DNA of 63,934 nucleotides, counting the filler, from Trypethelium eluteriae (taxonomy: Eukaryota), in the NCBI GenBank assembly GCA_051942245.1. It is 3 parts of 3 records of this genome, joined end to end, with 100 filler letters (N's around TTAATTAATTAA, not from the genome) between each part and the next. Parts side by side here need not be neighbours in the genome. Positions count along the whole stretch, not along the records: positions 43,880 to 63,934 come from JAVECL010000503.1; 2 more parts are not named here. One strand, written 5' to 3'. This document shows positions 49,844 through 62,309 of this stretch, piece after piece; within the stretch, counting starts at the first letter, position 1, and each line of letters starts with the position of its first letter. The translations under genes were made by a program, and so were the position numbers. The notes under the pieces were generated by a model. The model did no database searches and was not told the DNA's origin. It saw nothing but the letters and a program-made list of their open reading frames with translations.

Positions 49844-52800
49844 ATGAAAGCAGCGAACGGCGTCATTGCAAATGGGCACGCTAAAACAAGCAGGCCCGTC
49901 CAACCATCAAGACCGAGGCGGCAGAAGAACTATTTCGGATCTTTGATGAGCATTGCAGTCCGCCTCTTTCTTTGGTACACGGCGGTAACTACGCTATTCT
50001 TCTGTCCTTCGACTGTTGAGGAGCTCAAGCCCGACTCTGCCCGAATATGCAGACCCTATCTGAACCTCAAGTCACAGGCGACACCATATGTCCAGCCATA
50101 CTACGATACGTATCTTGGCCCGTACGTGCAACGAGCTCAACCGTATTATGAGAGTTTCCATAAGCAGATCTACACCCCTACTGCAGAATTTGCCAAGCAC
50201 AGTTACTCTACATACGGGTCTCCCAGGTTAGCCCAAGCACAAGTATACAGTCAAGAGCAATGGGAAAAAACGGTACGCCCGCAGCTTGACACTACGCGGC
50301 AGAGAGCTTTCCAGCAGTATGAGGCAACGTTGAAGCCTCACGTTGACAAAGCATGGTCAGCGGCTTCTCCATACTACAGCAACGCCAAGGACTCAGCAGA
50401 AGAAATCTACGAGACGACATTACTACCAGCATACTCTTGGGGGAAACCCTACGCTGAGACTGCCTACAAATATGGAAATCGTTTTGCAGTTGAGGTTGGG
50501 ATTCCTTACACTCAGAAAGCCGGTCAAACCCTTTATGCCTTTCTCAGTCGGACAGTCTGGCCTCGGTTAAGGATCCTATATGGAGAGAACGTGGAACCAC
50601 AGCTCATGAGAATAACTGAGCGTTTGGGAAGGTACAAAGACTCAAAGAAACTCGAAGCCGAGTTCGAAGAAGTTGATACCTCTTCGGAAGTGTCCTCCAC
50701 GAGTTCTACAGTATCCTCCTTATCCTCCTCCGTCGCAACAGCTGCAACCCAAATTACAGAGACTTCCGTTGAGAGCGAGCCATCTTCGACTCCACCTCCA
50801 GCAGCAGACTCTGAACTTTCAGAAGAACAGGTTCGTCAAAAGATCGAAAATGACCTGCAACGATGGCAAGAAAAGTTCTCAAAGGCAGCAAAGAGGGGAA
50901 CAGAGGATCTGCATGAGCGAATACAGGAAATCTCTGACAAACAGAAGGATCAACAGGCCAAAGGCGTTGGAAGTGCTCTTATCATTGAGCTCGAGGAGAC
51001 TGGCACAAACTCTATCAAGACTTTGAAAGAGACGGTTCAGAATATCGTTGATAAGATGCCTGAGGACGAGACGGACGGGGATGTCTCTAAGGCAAATCAG
51101 GTACTCGTTGATGCCGTTATTGCCGCTGGAAAACCAATCAAGAAGAAGGCAGAAGATATCCGTACGTGGAAGCAAAAGTATGATAGAGAAACTGTCTCTC
51201 TTGCGGAAGCAGCTTCAAACTCGACCATGGAAGTCATTGATAGAATTCGAGATCTTGGACTGCAGGAGATCGGGCAACGATGGGCCTGGATGGACGGGGT
51301 CACCTACAAGGACTGGTCGCGGTATCATTCTCTGAGCCAAACATTCGATGAATGGCGAGGTGAGATATCTGCCATGATCAGTAAGCATCAAGGGCTTGTC
51401 CAAGCTCTTGAGGAAGGTGCAGACATTGAAGCTCAAGCTATGTCCATTACGGAAGAGGCAGCCAATGAACTTGCTCGACTTAAAGGCGTTGCTGCAAGAA
51501 AGCTTCGGGTCAAGGATTCATCTGATGATTTCAGTGATCATGTCGCAGCGGAGGCTTTCGAAAACGCCTCGCAAGCCGTAAAGGAAAAGGTCATGGATGC
51601 GAGTGCAGCAGTTCTGGGTGAGTCACAAGAAACGGAGCAACCTTTGGCATCAACTGCTTCGGGGACGGCCGAAGAGACGGCTTCGAGCTTATCAGATACG
51701 CTTTCGGACGCTTCGGAAACCCTTGTGGGGACATCGTTGGAGAACGAAGCGCCGATGATGTCAACTGTCTCATCTAGAATCGATGACACGGAATCCAGCT
51801 TGTCGAGCACTGCTTCGGAAGCCTCTGAGTCTGCTTTTGGGAATTCACAAGGAAGTGCAGAATCCTTTGCATCCTCGGTAGGATCGGTGGCCGATGAGCT
51901 CGCGTCCAGTGTCTCAGAGACTATGTCAAGCACTGCCGAATCTGTCGTCAAGTCTTCGTCGAGCATACCTGCCGACGCTGCGTCGAAGTTCCAAGAAGCA
52001 ATCACCGCGTCAAAGCAAGGGCCCACCCCAGAAGGTATTACCGCCTCTTCAAAGGTCCAAGACTTACCTCCAAATTGGGATAAGATGGGACCGAATGTTC
52101 GGAAAAAGTGGGAGTCTGTAAAGAACAGAGGCGAAGAGATGCGCAAAAGTAAAGCTGCTGAGAAAGACTCTGCTGTTTCTGAGGCTTCAGACTCTGTTGT
52201 ATCCGTCGCATCAGCGGCTTCCGAGACACCTGCGTCGGAAATATCTGAGAGCGCACAAAAGGTCATGGGAGGCGCCATGGCACAATCCGTGTCTGGTGAT
52301 GGACAGCCTATCCTGGATGACATTATTGACGAAGGTGCCTCTTACTCTGAGAAGCTTCAGAGCATACTTTCAGGTGTGGGAGACCAGGCAACTGATTTGA
52401 CAAAGGCCATTAGCGAAGCAATGTTGAGCGCCACAAGTACCCAAGGAACGGTCGAATCTGTTACATCGCTAGCCAGCGAGCAATACCTGAAAGCACTGTC
52501 AGCAGCCTCGAGCGCCCTCTACGGACCAGAGAAGGGTGCTGCAGAAGAGTTCGGGTCGGCTGCTTCGGATCGATATGCACAAGCTGTTACCGCAGCATCG
52601 AATGCTATTTACGGAACCCCAACACCACTGCCAGTGTCTTTGGCAGATCAAGTAAGTAGTGCAGTCTATGGGACAAGTCAGGGGCCCTTGGAGTCGATCT
52701 CGTCCATTGCCTCTTCTCGTCTTGCAGAAGGTCTCAGTGCTGCGTCGGCTCAATATTCGAGTGCGATTGGTGCGACGCCAACACCTGCGCATCAGCAGTA

Positions 52801-53965
52801 TCTCGATTCAGCACAGAAGCAATACTATCAAGGAATTGGTCTTGCTCACGAACGATACTCAGAGTTTCTCTCAGCAGCACAGAGCCAGTATAGCGTAGCC
52901 ATGGGTGCTGCTGCCAATAGCCGTTCACAGCTCGGCGAGGCAGTCGAGAGCCAATACAGTGCAGCGATGACCGTTGCCGCTGAAATGTCGTCAAGTGCAA
53001 GCTCTGCAGTATACGGCACCTCTACTGGTGCAGCAGAATCCTTTGGATCAGCAGCCAGCGAGTCTATCATGGGTGCAGCCGCCGAGGCATCCGCCAGTGC
53101 CAGCTCGGCCATATACGGCACGACCACGGGTGCGGTAGAGTCACTCAGCTCACAAGCCTCTCAAAACTGGGAGAGCCTTGTCTCTGCCGCTTCTTCTGCT
53201 GTCTACGGCAAGCCAACACCTTGGTCAGAATCCGTCCTAGCTCAAGGCTCCGAGTACGCAGCGCAAGCAACCGACGCCGTCGCTGCACAGTACGCCTCCG
53301 TCCAAGCCATCGTCAGCGAACTAGTAGTCGGCAAAGAACCCGACTTCACCGAGAGCGTCATGAGCCGCCTGTACTCCGCCTATTCCACCGGCGCGCCCCA
53401 AATGGCCTCCAGCGTATCCTCCTTCGTCGAAGACACCTACGCCTCCGCCTCCTCCGCCATCTCCGCCGCCTTCACTCCACCCGCTGCCGTCGAAGAGATC
53501 CTCGCCTTAGCCTCCAAACAATTCGACGACGCTTTCAGCGCTGGCTCGGCGCAGGTCTACGGCTCTTCCTCGCAGGGCACCCTCGACAGCATCACCAGCG
53601 CGGCGTCCAGCATGGCGTCTGAAGCTGCGGCCAGCGCTAGCGAGGCGGTCTACGGCACCCAGAAGAATTACGCTGAGCAAGCGCAGGAGAGCATCGTGGC
53701 TGTGGCGTCGGATGCGCAGCGCGCGATTTCGGAGGCTATCTATGGCACGGAGACGGGTGCGATGGAGAGCGCTACGAGTGCTGCTAGTGCGGCGTACAGC
53801 AGTGCTATGAGCAGTGCTTCGGTGAGACTCACTGAGGCGGTTGAGAGTGCTAGAGTTCGAGCGGGTGGTCTGGGAGCGAGTGTGCAGTCTGCGGTGGAGG
53901 ATGCGGCGAGTAGCGTGAGTTCGGTCGCGAGTGCTGCGACGGCGAAGGTGAAAGACGAGTTGTGA
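49844..53965 (+). CDS. Large ER protein, She10/Osw7-like, with N-terminal TM, coiled coil, Ser/Ala-rich repeats and C-terminal KDEL
   Basis: TM RLFLWYTAVTTLFFCP..ICRPYL, Tyr/Pro-periodic helical region, conserved-looking LGLQEIGQRWAWMDGVTYKDWSRYH, repeats S.A[VI]YG[TK], terminal VKDEL. Confidence 0.75.
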   Translation: MKAANGVIANGHAKTSRPVQPSRPRRQKNYFGSLMSIAVRLFLWYTAVTTLFFCPSTVEELKPDSARICRPYLNLKSQATPYVQPYYDTYLGPYVQRAQPYYESFHKQIYTPTAEFAKHSYSTYGSPRLAQAQVYSQEQWEKTVRPQLDTTRQRAFQQYEATLKPHVDKAWSAASPYYSNAKDSAEEIYETTLLPAYSWGKPYAETAYKYGNRFAVEVGIPYTQKAGQTLYAFLSRTVWPRLRILYGENVEPQLMRITERLGRYKDSKKLEAEFEEVDTSSEVSSTSSTVSSLSSSVATAATQITETSVESEPSSTPPPAADSELSEEQVRQKIENDLQRWQEKFSKAAKRGTEDLHERIQEISDKQKDQQAKGVGSALIIELEETGTNSIKTLKETVQNIVDKMPEDETDGDVSKANQVLVDAVIAAGKPIKKKAEDIRTWKQKYDRETVSLAEAASNSTMEVIDRIRDLGLQEIGQRWAWMDGVTYKDWSRYHSLSQTFDEWRGEISAMISKHQGLVQALEEGADIEAQAMSITEEAANELARLKGVAARKLRVKDSSDDFSDHVAAEAFENASQAVKEKVMDASAAVLGESQETEQPLASTASGTAEETASSLSDTLSDASETLVGTSLENEAPMMSTVSSRIDDTESSLSSTASEASESAFGNSQGSAESFASSVGSVADELASSVSETMSSTAESVVKSSSSIPADAASKFQEAITASKQGPTPEGITASSKVQDLPPNWDKMGPNVRKKWESVKNRGEEMRKSKAAEKDSAVSEASDSVVSVASAASETPASEISESAQKVMGGAMAQSVSGDGQPILDDIIDEGASYSEKLQSILSGVGDQATDLTKAISEAMLSATSTQGTVESVTSLASEQYLKALSAASSALYGPEKGAAEEFGSAASDRYAQAVTAASNAIYGTPTPLPVSLADQVSSAVYGTSQGPLESISSIASSRLAEGLSAASAQYSSAIGATPTPAHQQYLDSAQKQYYQGIGLAHERYSEFLSAAQSQYSVAMGAAANSRSQLGEAVESQYSAAMTVAAEMSSSASSAVYGTSTGAAESFGSAASESIMGAAAEASASASSAIYGTTTGAVESLSSQASQNWESLVSAASSAVYGKPTPWSESVLAQGSEYAAQATDAVAAQYASVQAIVSELVVGKEPDFTESVMSRLYSAYSTGAPQMASSVSSFVEDTYASASSAISAAFTPPAAVEEILALASKQFDDAFSAGSAQVYGSSSQGTLDSITSAASSMASEAAASASEAVYGTQKNYAEQAQESIVAVASDAQRAISEAIYGTETGAMESATSAASAAYSSAMSSASVRLTEAVESARVRAGGLGASVQSAVEDAASSVSSVASAATAKVKDEL

Positions 53966-54685
53966 AGGAAGATAGAAGGAAAGCGTGTCGTTCTTACTTC
54001 CTTAGACGGAAAGCGGCCGGTTTTAGTCGGGAGAGGTATTCGTGGGAATAGTCGCGAGGATTTGTGATTTCTGTTTTTGCTGCGCGGTCTGTGCCATACC
54101 CCCTTTCGGCTTATCTCTTAGCAATGGTTTTTGGGCCTGTTTGCTTTGGTGGATTCCTCGCGGAATGATTCGTTTCATTTTAGACGTAATGAGATCTAGT
54201 GATACCGCATGAACGTACATAGGGGACATACTTGATGTTACTTAATTAAGACGATGAATTACATTTGAAAGAGCAATGATCAGATGGTTCGATATAGAGC
54301 TATGTATCACAGTGGTCTGTCTTAGGCAGGGAATGCATATCAAGATTGCAGCAGCATCTCTGCGAGGTCCAGTATCAGACGGAATTCAAGCAAGCGTCAC
54401 GAAGCGAGTAACATCATTGACAGGAAAGTCGGCATAATACAACAGTCATTCTATTGCGCTATTAGTCGAGCCAAACTAAAGCTAATCGCAAATATCTGCA
54501 CGTCTCCCGAGCTACTCCTACACATCACGCCACTTGAGAAGGAACAAGAGAAATGCCGGAAGCCTTTCCATCAAGCCTTTGTTGCCACCATGACGCCGCC
54601 CAGAGAGAAAGCTACTGATGAATGAAGTCGATAGAAGAGTTGAACCCAGCAGCCAAGGAGCAGGCGCGCGAGGCGATCGAAGTGT

Positions 54686-55303
<618 letters not shown>

Positions 55304-57220
55304 CTTGAATTAACTGATGAAGATAAACTTGATAAGAGTTGATTGCAAAAAAGTCAAAAATTGACTTTTGATGAAGATATCGATGAGTTGTTGATGGAGG
55401 ATTGATAAAAAGCCCTCGATGCGTGATGACTTTAGATGTGGTGGAAGAAAGGAGAGAAAGAACAACTCCAGAGAGTGGGGGGTGTGCGTTATATGAGAAA
55501 AATGGAAAGAAGAGCACCGGGGGTGATGGGGGAAGGCGCTAGGCAGCCTCCAAGGAATCAGCAACAGCCAGCAAGTAGCTTCTCCCTCACCCAAAAAACA
55601 AGCGACAGAACGCAAGTTATGACCGTTCCAATTCCAGCCGCCGTAAGAGAAAGGGGACTGCGTGGCCGATGGGTCCGTGCGCTCCGCCTGAGCAACAGCG
55701 GCGTGAGTGGCAACTTTCCTCGCCGCGGAGCGGGGACCCACATTCTTCCGGTCCGATGCCCTCACACTATGCAGCGAAAGCCTTCGCCTGTCTCGTTGTC
55801 TCAACTCAGCCTGTCAGCTCTCACGAGTGTATCAGGTCTTCCACCAGTCAAATCGTTTTCCGCCTGACTCATCGTGCATAATGTGAGCTTGACCTCAAGA
55901 AAATGCTATCTGCGAGGTGCTCCTCCAAGTTCACATTGGGAAGAGAAAAACAATGCTTGCTCCTTCTCAGATGGCTGCCTACATGTGACATGCAATCTAC
56001 TAAAGACATTTGCTCAAACAAGTCGCTTTCATCCGCCTTGTTCATACTAGGCATCATAGCTGTCTCGGCAAATTCGCTTAGGTTTCTATCTGCCCGAGTG
56101 TCGTCTCTTCCCGCATCCAGCCAAGACGTGAACCATCCGCTCAGGGTTGTGTGCACTTGTTGATAAGTATTCTACAGTCTACTGTACGGCTATGGTCCTC
56201 CCAGTATCGATACCGGACTGCTCAGACATTGCTGTGTCTTCGTCCAGGGGAAATGTGCATATCATCGAACAATTTCTACGGGATAGGACCGCTCGAAAAG
56301 ATGGATGTGATGCTTACAGCAGGAAAGCGGTGATAAAAATGTTCTATATATTCCTGATTGGATCCTCTCTTCAATCGCTTGCCATGCGTCAGCCAGCATC
56401 GTTGGTCCAGCAGATACTGCCTTTCAATCAGTAGGGAGGGGTTCGATTTCCGAATGATGCATAGATATTCTTGGACAATTCTTCTCTTTGGTCTCCTGGT
56501 TTCTGCGAGCCTCAATGGGGAGATTTGTGAAGAAGCGAGCTAAGGGCTTCCTCTACTTGAGGCAACCCATGGGGACGTTAAGGAGATAGCAATTTGAACA
56601 CCACATTTACTAAGGTAATCATTACTCCGTCGGGAACTTTGCGTGGGTTCGTATCTGCGTATGATACTAATGAATGATCATTTAGCTAAGTCATCGGTGA
56701 ATTGCAATGGTGTATTAAAATGGTTGTCAAATGTATTGATCCGATTTAATTATTTCGCCTGATAAACTTTCTGCATGTACCACGGAGCGCGTACGTCACG
56801 TACTCTAATTCTAGGGACCATTCGGTAATTAGATCGGAGGTCTGAACTGTTCCGAGGAGCCCCTCGGTTGACCGGAAACCGCGTCTCGTCTTGCACTTTT
56901 ACAAGAACCATTTCAAATCAGCATGCGTACGAAGACACTGCTATAGGGCACCACTGTCATGGGACGTTCTAAACTTGTCGACGAATGCATAGATGAAATC
57001 GCAAGTTGGTCCCATCGCGGCTCAATTCCGGTAGCTTACCATTGTTTTGCGGGGCAAACTTTCGTGCCTCTACGGCAGTTGTTTGCTTAGAAGAATAAAT
57101 GTAAGCAACATGGTGACGGTCCCTGGATAGACTAAATATCCACTAAGGTTTTTTTGCTGCTCGCCGTCTTCTTGTGTCTGTTACTTCACACCTTGAGCCT
57201 CACGCAACAGTGTATCAAAC

Positions 57221-58668
57221 ATGGATGAAATGAAACAAGCAGATATAACCACTGACGTAGGTAAATTGGTCTCGATTGTTCTGATATTCCTGTTTCTGAA
57301 TCTCTTCCTCCAATTTTGACTACTAAGCCAGAGGACAGACCGTCAGTCGAGAGCAAACCCCTAACAATGGGTATTCGGCTCCCGACACCGTCGCCAATGG
57401 CAATGAGAAGGAGAGTAGTGCAACATGGCAGCAAAGACATGGGATAGATCAGTCAAAGCACATCCGACTGGTAAAGCTGGCACATATGCGTTATCAGCAT
57501 CCTGATCTAGTTGAGATTACGACGTTCCTTAAGGGTAATTCCTTTGGCTGTCATGATCTTACCCTCTATTCGTTCTGACTTTTCGGAAAAGATTTCGGTA
57601 TGCAAGTTACAAAGAAGACAGATGATCAGAGATGGTTTCGTGGCTATGGGACGGATCAGTATGTGTACTACGCTCAAAAGGGAGAGAAAAAATTCCTCGG
57701 TGGAGCTTTCGAGGTCGAGAGCTATGCGGAGCTCGAAAAGTAAGCCTCTATGCCTTAACAAGAGATTCATCTTGCTAATAGAATGGAAGAGCCGCCTTAA
57801 TTCCAGGGGCATCAAAGATCGAGGAGATGACGGATGCACCTGGCGGAGGTCATATCATTACGCTAATAGATCCCGAAGGATTTCCCATCAACCTGATATA
57901 TGGACAAACCCTAGCTCCGGCCGGCCAAAAGCCAGAGAGTCTATTGGTAAATACTGAAGCTGAAAAACCACGAGTGCGCAAGTTCCAACGCTTCAATCCG
58001 GGTCCCGCTGCTGTTCACAAAGTATGTTCGTCTGGGTATCGTCTCCGCTGCAAGCCCTCCAGACTGACTCGTCAAATAGCTTGGTCATTACGGAATTTGC
58101 GTTACAAATTTTAACAGACAGTTCGAATGGTACACTCATACCTTCAACTTCGTCCCGACTGACCTTCTCTACGTCCCCGATGATAGTGCTGCACCTGCTA
58201 AAGCTCCCGCCAATGGCGCCGATGCACCGCTGCCTCCGTCGGGCACCAAGGTCGTGGCTACCTTCTGTCATATTGATCGAGGGCAAACCCCCGTTGATCA
58301 TCATTCCTTCTTCATGTCTGGAAACCCCACTTCACACGTCCATCACTGCAGCTTTGAGATTCACGACCTCGATACCCAGCATCTGGGCCACGCATGGCTT
58401 GCTCAGAAGGGCTATAAGAGCGTCTGGGGGGTTGGCAGGCACATCCTGGGTAGTCAAATTTTCGACTACTGGTGGGATACATCCGGATTTATGGTAAGAT
58501 ACCTTTTGCGAAAATTGAAACGAGCAAGATCTCGCTAAGAGTGATCAGGTTGAGCACTATGCGGACGGCGATCTAGTCACCGAGAATACCCCTGTTGGCT
58601 ATATGCTTGCTGGTGATGAGGCTCTTGCCGTTTGGGGGCCTGAGGTTCCCAAAACGTTCTTGGAATGA
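57221..58668 (+). CDS. VOC/glyoxalase-fold extradiol dioxygenase-like protein (trihydroxytoluene oxygenase-like), multi-exon; exact 5' exon structure uncertain
   Basis: IRLVKLAHMRYQHPDL..TFLRDFGM, DPEGFPINLIYGQ, PAAVHK|LGHYG, VDHHSFF, HVHHCSFEIHD, WGVGRHILGSQIFDYWWD..GFM|VEHYADGDLV. Confidence 0.88.
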
Positions 58669-59468
58669 ACGACGTGTTGGGTTTCGACAAGACTGAATTG
58701 CTCATACGTGAATGTGCAAACGCGCGCATGGAAGACCACAACGAAAACAATGTCTTCAAATCGGTGTACACAGGTAATGGTTGTGACAGTGCTTGAGAGC
58801 TTGTATTGTAATTGCTATGAGATAGGGTACATATTGCGGAACAACGTCAATACTTTATCGCGTGAACGGAGCTTGCTGGATGCTCAATAATCGCAAACTG
58901 CGTTTGACCGGGCACATGTCTTTAAGCAGGGATGGCAGCTACCGTACAAGCTCGGCAGATCCAGGCTCGGATCCATGCATTAGGCGTCATGGTCTCTGCA
59001 GCTTTATGGCACTACCCAATGCCTCCCACACTGTGCAAACATTGGCGGATATCGACGGGCTAGATATCCTAGTAACAGTCTAGCTAACGAGCTGTGGACT
59101 AATGGAATCGGTACTGAAATTACCCTTACGACTAGGATTTGGCTCAAGTAGCCTACACCTCAATGCTGTGTTCATAACTTACTCAGTGTCTTCACCCTCA
59201 TCCCCACGGTTTCGTTGGAAGACAGTCGCTTGAAGCCCCTGCAAACCATAAACTTTCACACCGGGACAGCTTCCCAATCCTTACCATTGGGACGCTGGGG
59301 GAAACTCTCGTGCGACAATGACGAGTGCGGGGTAGGGTTAGATAGAAGCAGAGGGGCACCTATTCTACAACAGCTTCCTTAAAGACGTGTATTCGGCGGA
59401 GAAGTAAGTGGACAATCACGAGCTGCAGAACATTAGTTCCTTCATTCTTTGGCGCACTTCTTTGCAAT

Positions 59469-60857
59469 ATGTCGTTGCGTCCAGACCAATACCCTAACAT
59501 TCTGATCATCGGTGCGGGCATCTTTGGCACAAGCACTGCCTACCACCTTTCTCTCTCAGAAAATGCAAAAAAACCCAGTGTAACTGTGATCGATACGACT
59601 CCAACCCCTCCATCTCCTGCTGCAAGTAACGATCTTAACAAGATTATCCGCGCTGACTATACCAATGAGCTGTACATGAAATTAGCGCTGGAGGCTATCG
59701 AGCAGTGGGCTGCTTGGGATTTTCTGAAGCCATTCTATCATAATAGTGGACGAGTTACGCTAAATGAGTGGGATTCTGATTATTATGAGAGGATTCAACA
59801 GAACTTCGTGAAAGTTCTAGGAAAAGATCCGACAGCGACTTTCTCTTTGAGTGACGTGGTGGGTAGCGAAGGTACTCGGGAAGCGGCACAACCAGAGAAC
59901 AATGAAGCCAAGGAAAAATGGAAGAAAATGTTTGCAGGCACGAAACTTGATGGACTCAAAGACGCATATTGGAATTCCATAGGCGGGTGGTGCGATGCTG
60001 ATCTTGCAACCAAAGCGATGATGAAGGAAGCTCAAAAGAACGGCGTCAACTATGTCTCCTCCGAAGTCAAGCGGCTCATTCTTGGCTCAACTGGTCTTCG
60101 AGGAGCAGAGGTTGCGGATGGACGCGTATTCACGGCAGATAAGATACTGCTTGCCACCGGTGCCTGGACAAGCTCACTCATGTCTCCTGTGGAAGACTCT
60201 TTGAGCATCCCGTTCGAAGATCGAGTCGAGCTTCAAGCTACTGCTGCGGGAGTATGCGTCTTGCACTACCACCTGGGCCTGATCGAAATGAGGGAATTGC
60301 AAGACATGCCTGTGTTTATATACGGTACTAATGGCGAGGTCCTTCCGCCATCTCAGAGGAGCCGTATTCTGAAGTATACCAATGCGAACTCTTTCTCGAA
60401 TCACTATCGCACCTCCTCAGGACAGATTATCTCTGCACCGCCAAGGCGAAGTCAATTCATTGTATCTGAGAAGCTGAAGAAAGAGACTATGGAAGTGATC
60501 GGCGAAAAGGCCATGCCGAGATTTTCGAGAGGGAAGGAGCCCGATCATTGGAGACTGTGTTGGGACGCGGTGACACCAAGTCAAGACCACTTGATCACAA
60601 AGCACCCTGATCCCAGGTTAAGCAATCTGTATTTTGCGGTCGGAGGTAGCTTCCATAGCTACAAGTTTCTGCCCAACATTGGTTCGTACGTTTGCAGAGT
60701 GTTAGAAGGTCTGAGCAATGGAAACGAAAAGGACCAAGTATGGAGGTGGAAGACGGGCACGGACGGGAAGATTCAAAGAGGCGCACATGAGAAAATTGTC
60801 CCGACACGAGAGTTGAAGGACCTAGAAGAAGATAATGGGCTAAAGGGAAAATTGTAG
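59469..60857 (+). CDS. FAD-dependent amine oxidase of the sarcosine/pipecolate/fructosyl-amine oxidase family
   Basis: ILIIGAGIFGTSTAYHL (GxGxxG), AASNDLNKIIRADY, ILLATGAWT, RLCWDAVTP, GGSFHSYKFLPNIG. Ends GKL. Confidence 0.92.
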   Translation: MSLRPDQYPNILIIGAGIFGTSTAYHLSLSENAKKPSVTVIDTTPTPPSPAASNDLNKIIRADYTNELYMKLALEAIEQWAAWDFLKPFYHNSGRVTLNEWDSDYYERIQQNFVKVLGKDPTATFSLSDVVGSEGTREAAQPENNEAKEKWKKMFAGTKLDGLKDAYWNSIGGWCDADLATKAMMKEAQKNGVNYVSSEVKRLILGSTGLRGAEVADGRVFTADKILLATGAWTSSLMSPVEDSLSIPFEDRVELQATAAGVCVLHYHLGLIEMRELQDMPVFIYGTNGEVLPPSQRSRILKYTNANSFSNHYRTSSGQIISAPPRRSQFIVSEKLKKETMEVIGEKAMPRFSRGKEPDHWRLCWDAVTPSQDHLITKHPDPRLSNLYFAVGGSFHSYKFLPNIGSYVCRVLEGLSNGNEKDQVWRWKTGTDGKIQRGAHEKIVPTRELKDLEEDNGLKGKL

Positions 60858-62309
60858 CGATTACGATGAATTGGGAATCCCAGAGTTCATCCTCAATATT
60901 CGCGGCGGAGGAGCGTGTATCATTCGAGTTCCTTCCGTATCTGCGATATGCCATCTCGGGGTTTATCAAGACATTTGACATGATTTTCCTATCGCAGTTA
61001 TCCAATAATACCTGGATACCTACCTAAGGCTTGCTTGAGATAGTGAACCTACGTGACGTACTCAAAGTTTCCATTGTTCTTTTCTGCTCACCATTACAGG
61101 ACCGGTATATTCCTAGGCTGTTTGCAACAGTAAGATCTAGACGTAGGGGATGCGTTACCTGCTCTCACTTTTTGAGTCTCTTCTCAGCCTTTGCTCAGGG
61201 GATTGATGTACTGTGCAGTAGCCAGGGTCGTGCGGTTGGCGTTGGTGGAAAGACAAACTTTCAAGTCAACCAGTCAATTCTGATGTACTGCGAAAGCTGG
61301 TCTGCATAAAAAAATGCTATTTGATGTCGTGATCAAATTATGTTCAGGTCGGAAGATCTTTGCTTGCGTTAAGGAAAGTTGGGAGTATGGCGGTCCTCGG
61401 AGGTTTTATGAAGGCGTGGAGGGAAACTCCGCACTTGCCAACCACGCCAACCCCTATTAATTTCTCTCCCTTGTAAATCCATCAACATTAACTTTGTGCA
61501 TCTCTGAGTACAGGTGTGGAATACGGCTACTATTCGCTATCCAACGGTACCAAAATGATTCCGAAATTCGAAGGTCGCATTTTTGGTGTAAAATCGGCCT
61601 TCGTCCATACAAAGCAAGAAGAATCGATCCCTTTTCCCTCTTTCGATAGGAATAACTCAACACCAACGTATTTGGCAAGGCTCATAATGCGAAGGCGTAA
61701 TCTATGAAACTACTGCTTTTGAGCGAAATCAATGTTATGTTCAAAATTGAAAAAAAAGTTTTGTCCGAAAATCCAAAAAAATATAAGTCCAAAAAAGTTG
61801 CAAAAAGTCAGACAAAAGGTTGGCAGAACTTGGATTTTGTATGAGATCTTAGCTTCCGCCCCATGTTTCTCAATGGAATTGTTGTATTTTTCAAAACTTT
61901 TACTAGCGCCGCAATCTCATAGGTATCAGCAATTGTATGCCGTATTAAGCGTCTGATTATCGGCTCTGTGCGTTAAGTTGTTCATAATAAAACCTGAATT
62001 CGAGCCATTTGGTCGAAGTCGCGACCTCGAGGAAGAAACGACGATCTAATCACGTGATTGCTCCCCGCGGAGCGAGCGGAGCGGATTAGACTCGGGCTCT
62101 GGCGGAGGGCGCGATCTATGACGCGACTCTTCCAATGCATCAGACATCGTGATCATGAACTCCGGGACTACGAACGTGCACTCGTGCATTACTGCCCGGC
62201 CATTCAAATAGTATCTTGAGGTCATTTGGCGCAACTTTTTGTATTACACAAATCGACATGTCGTAGGTTATACGTGTTTCTTTTTCTTATTTTTCCATCT
62301 TATCTCAAG

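Noticed and set aside
51538..52323. 261-aa antisense ORF inside the She10-like gene (and similar shadows within PEX5, DOA10 and the RhoGAP)
   Set aside because: Antisense shadows of biased, low-complexity codon usage.
56425..56460. GGTTCGATTTCC resembling a tRNA T-loop / B box
   Set aside because: No acceptor stem, D arm or anticodon arm in the flanking sequence.
55310..56550. Expected divergent histone H3 partner; ORFs 55310-55804 and 55436-55867
   Set aside because: No ARTKQTARK-encoding sequence was found; the ORFs overlie the H4 leader and promoter.
61380..61960. Weak hairpin and A-rich tract suggesting a transposon relic
   Set aside because: Pairing is imperfect, with no terminal repeats or transposase/RT motifs.
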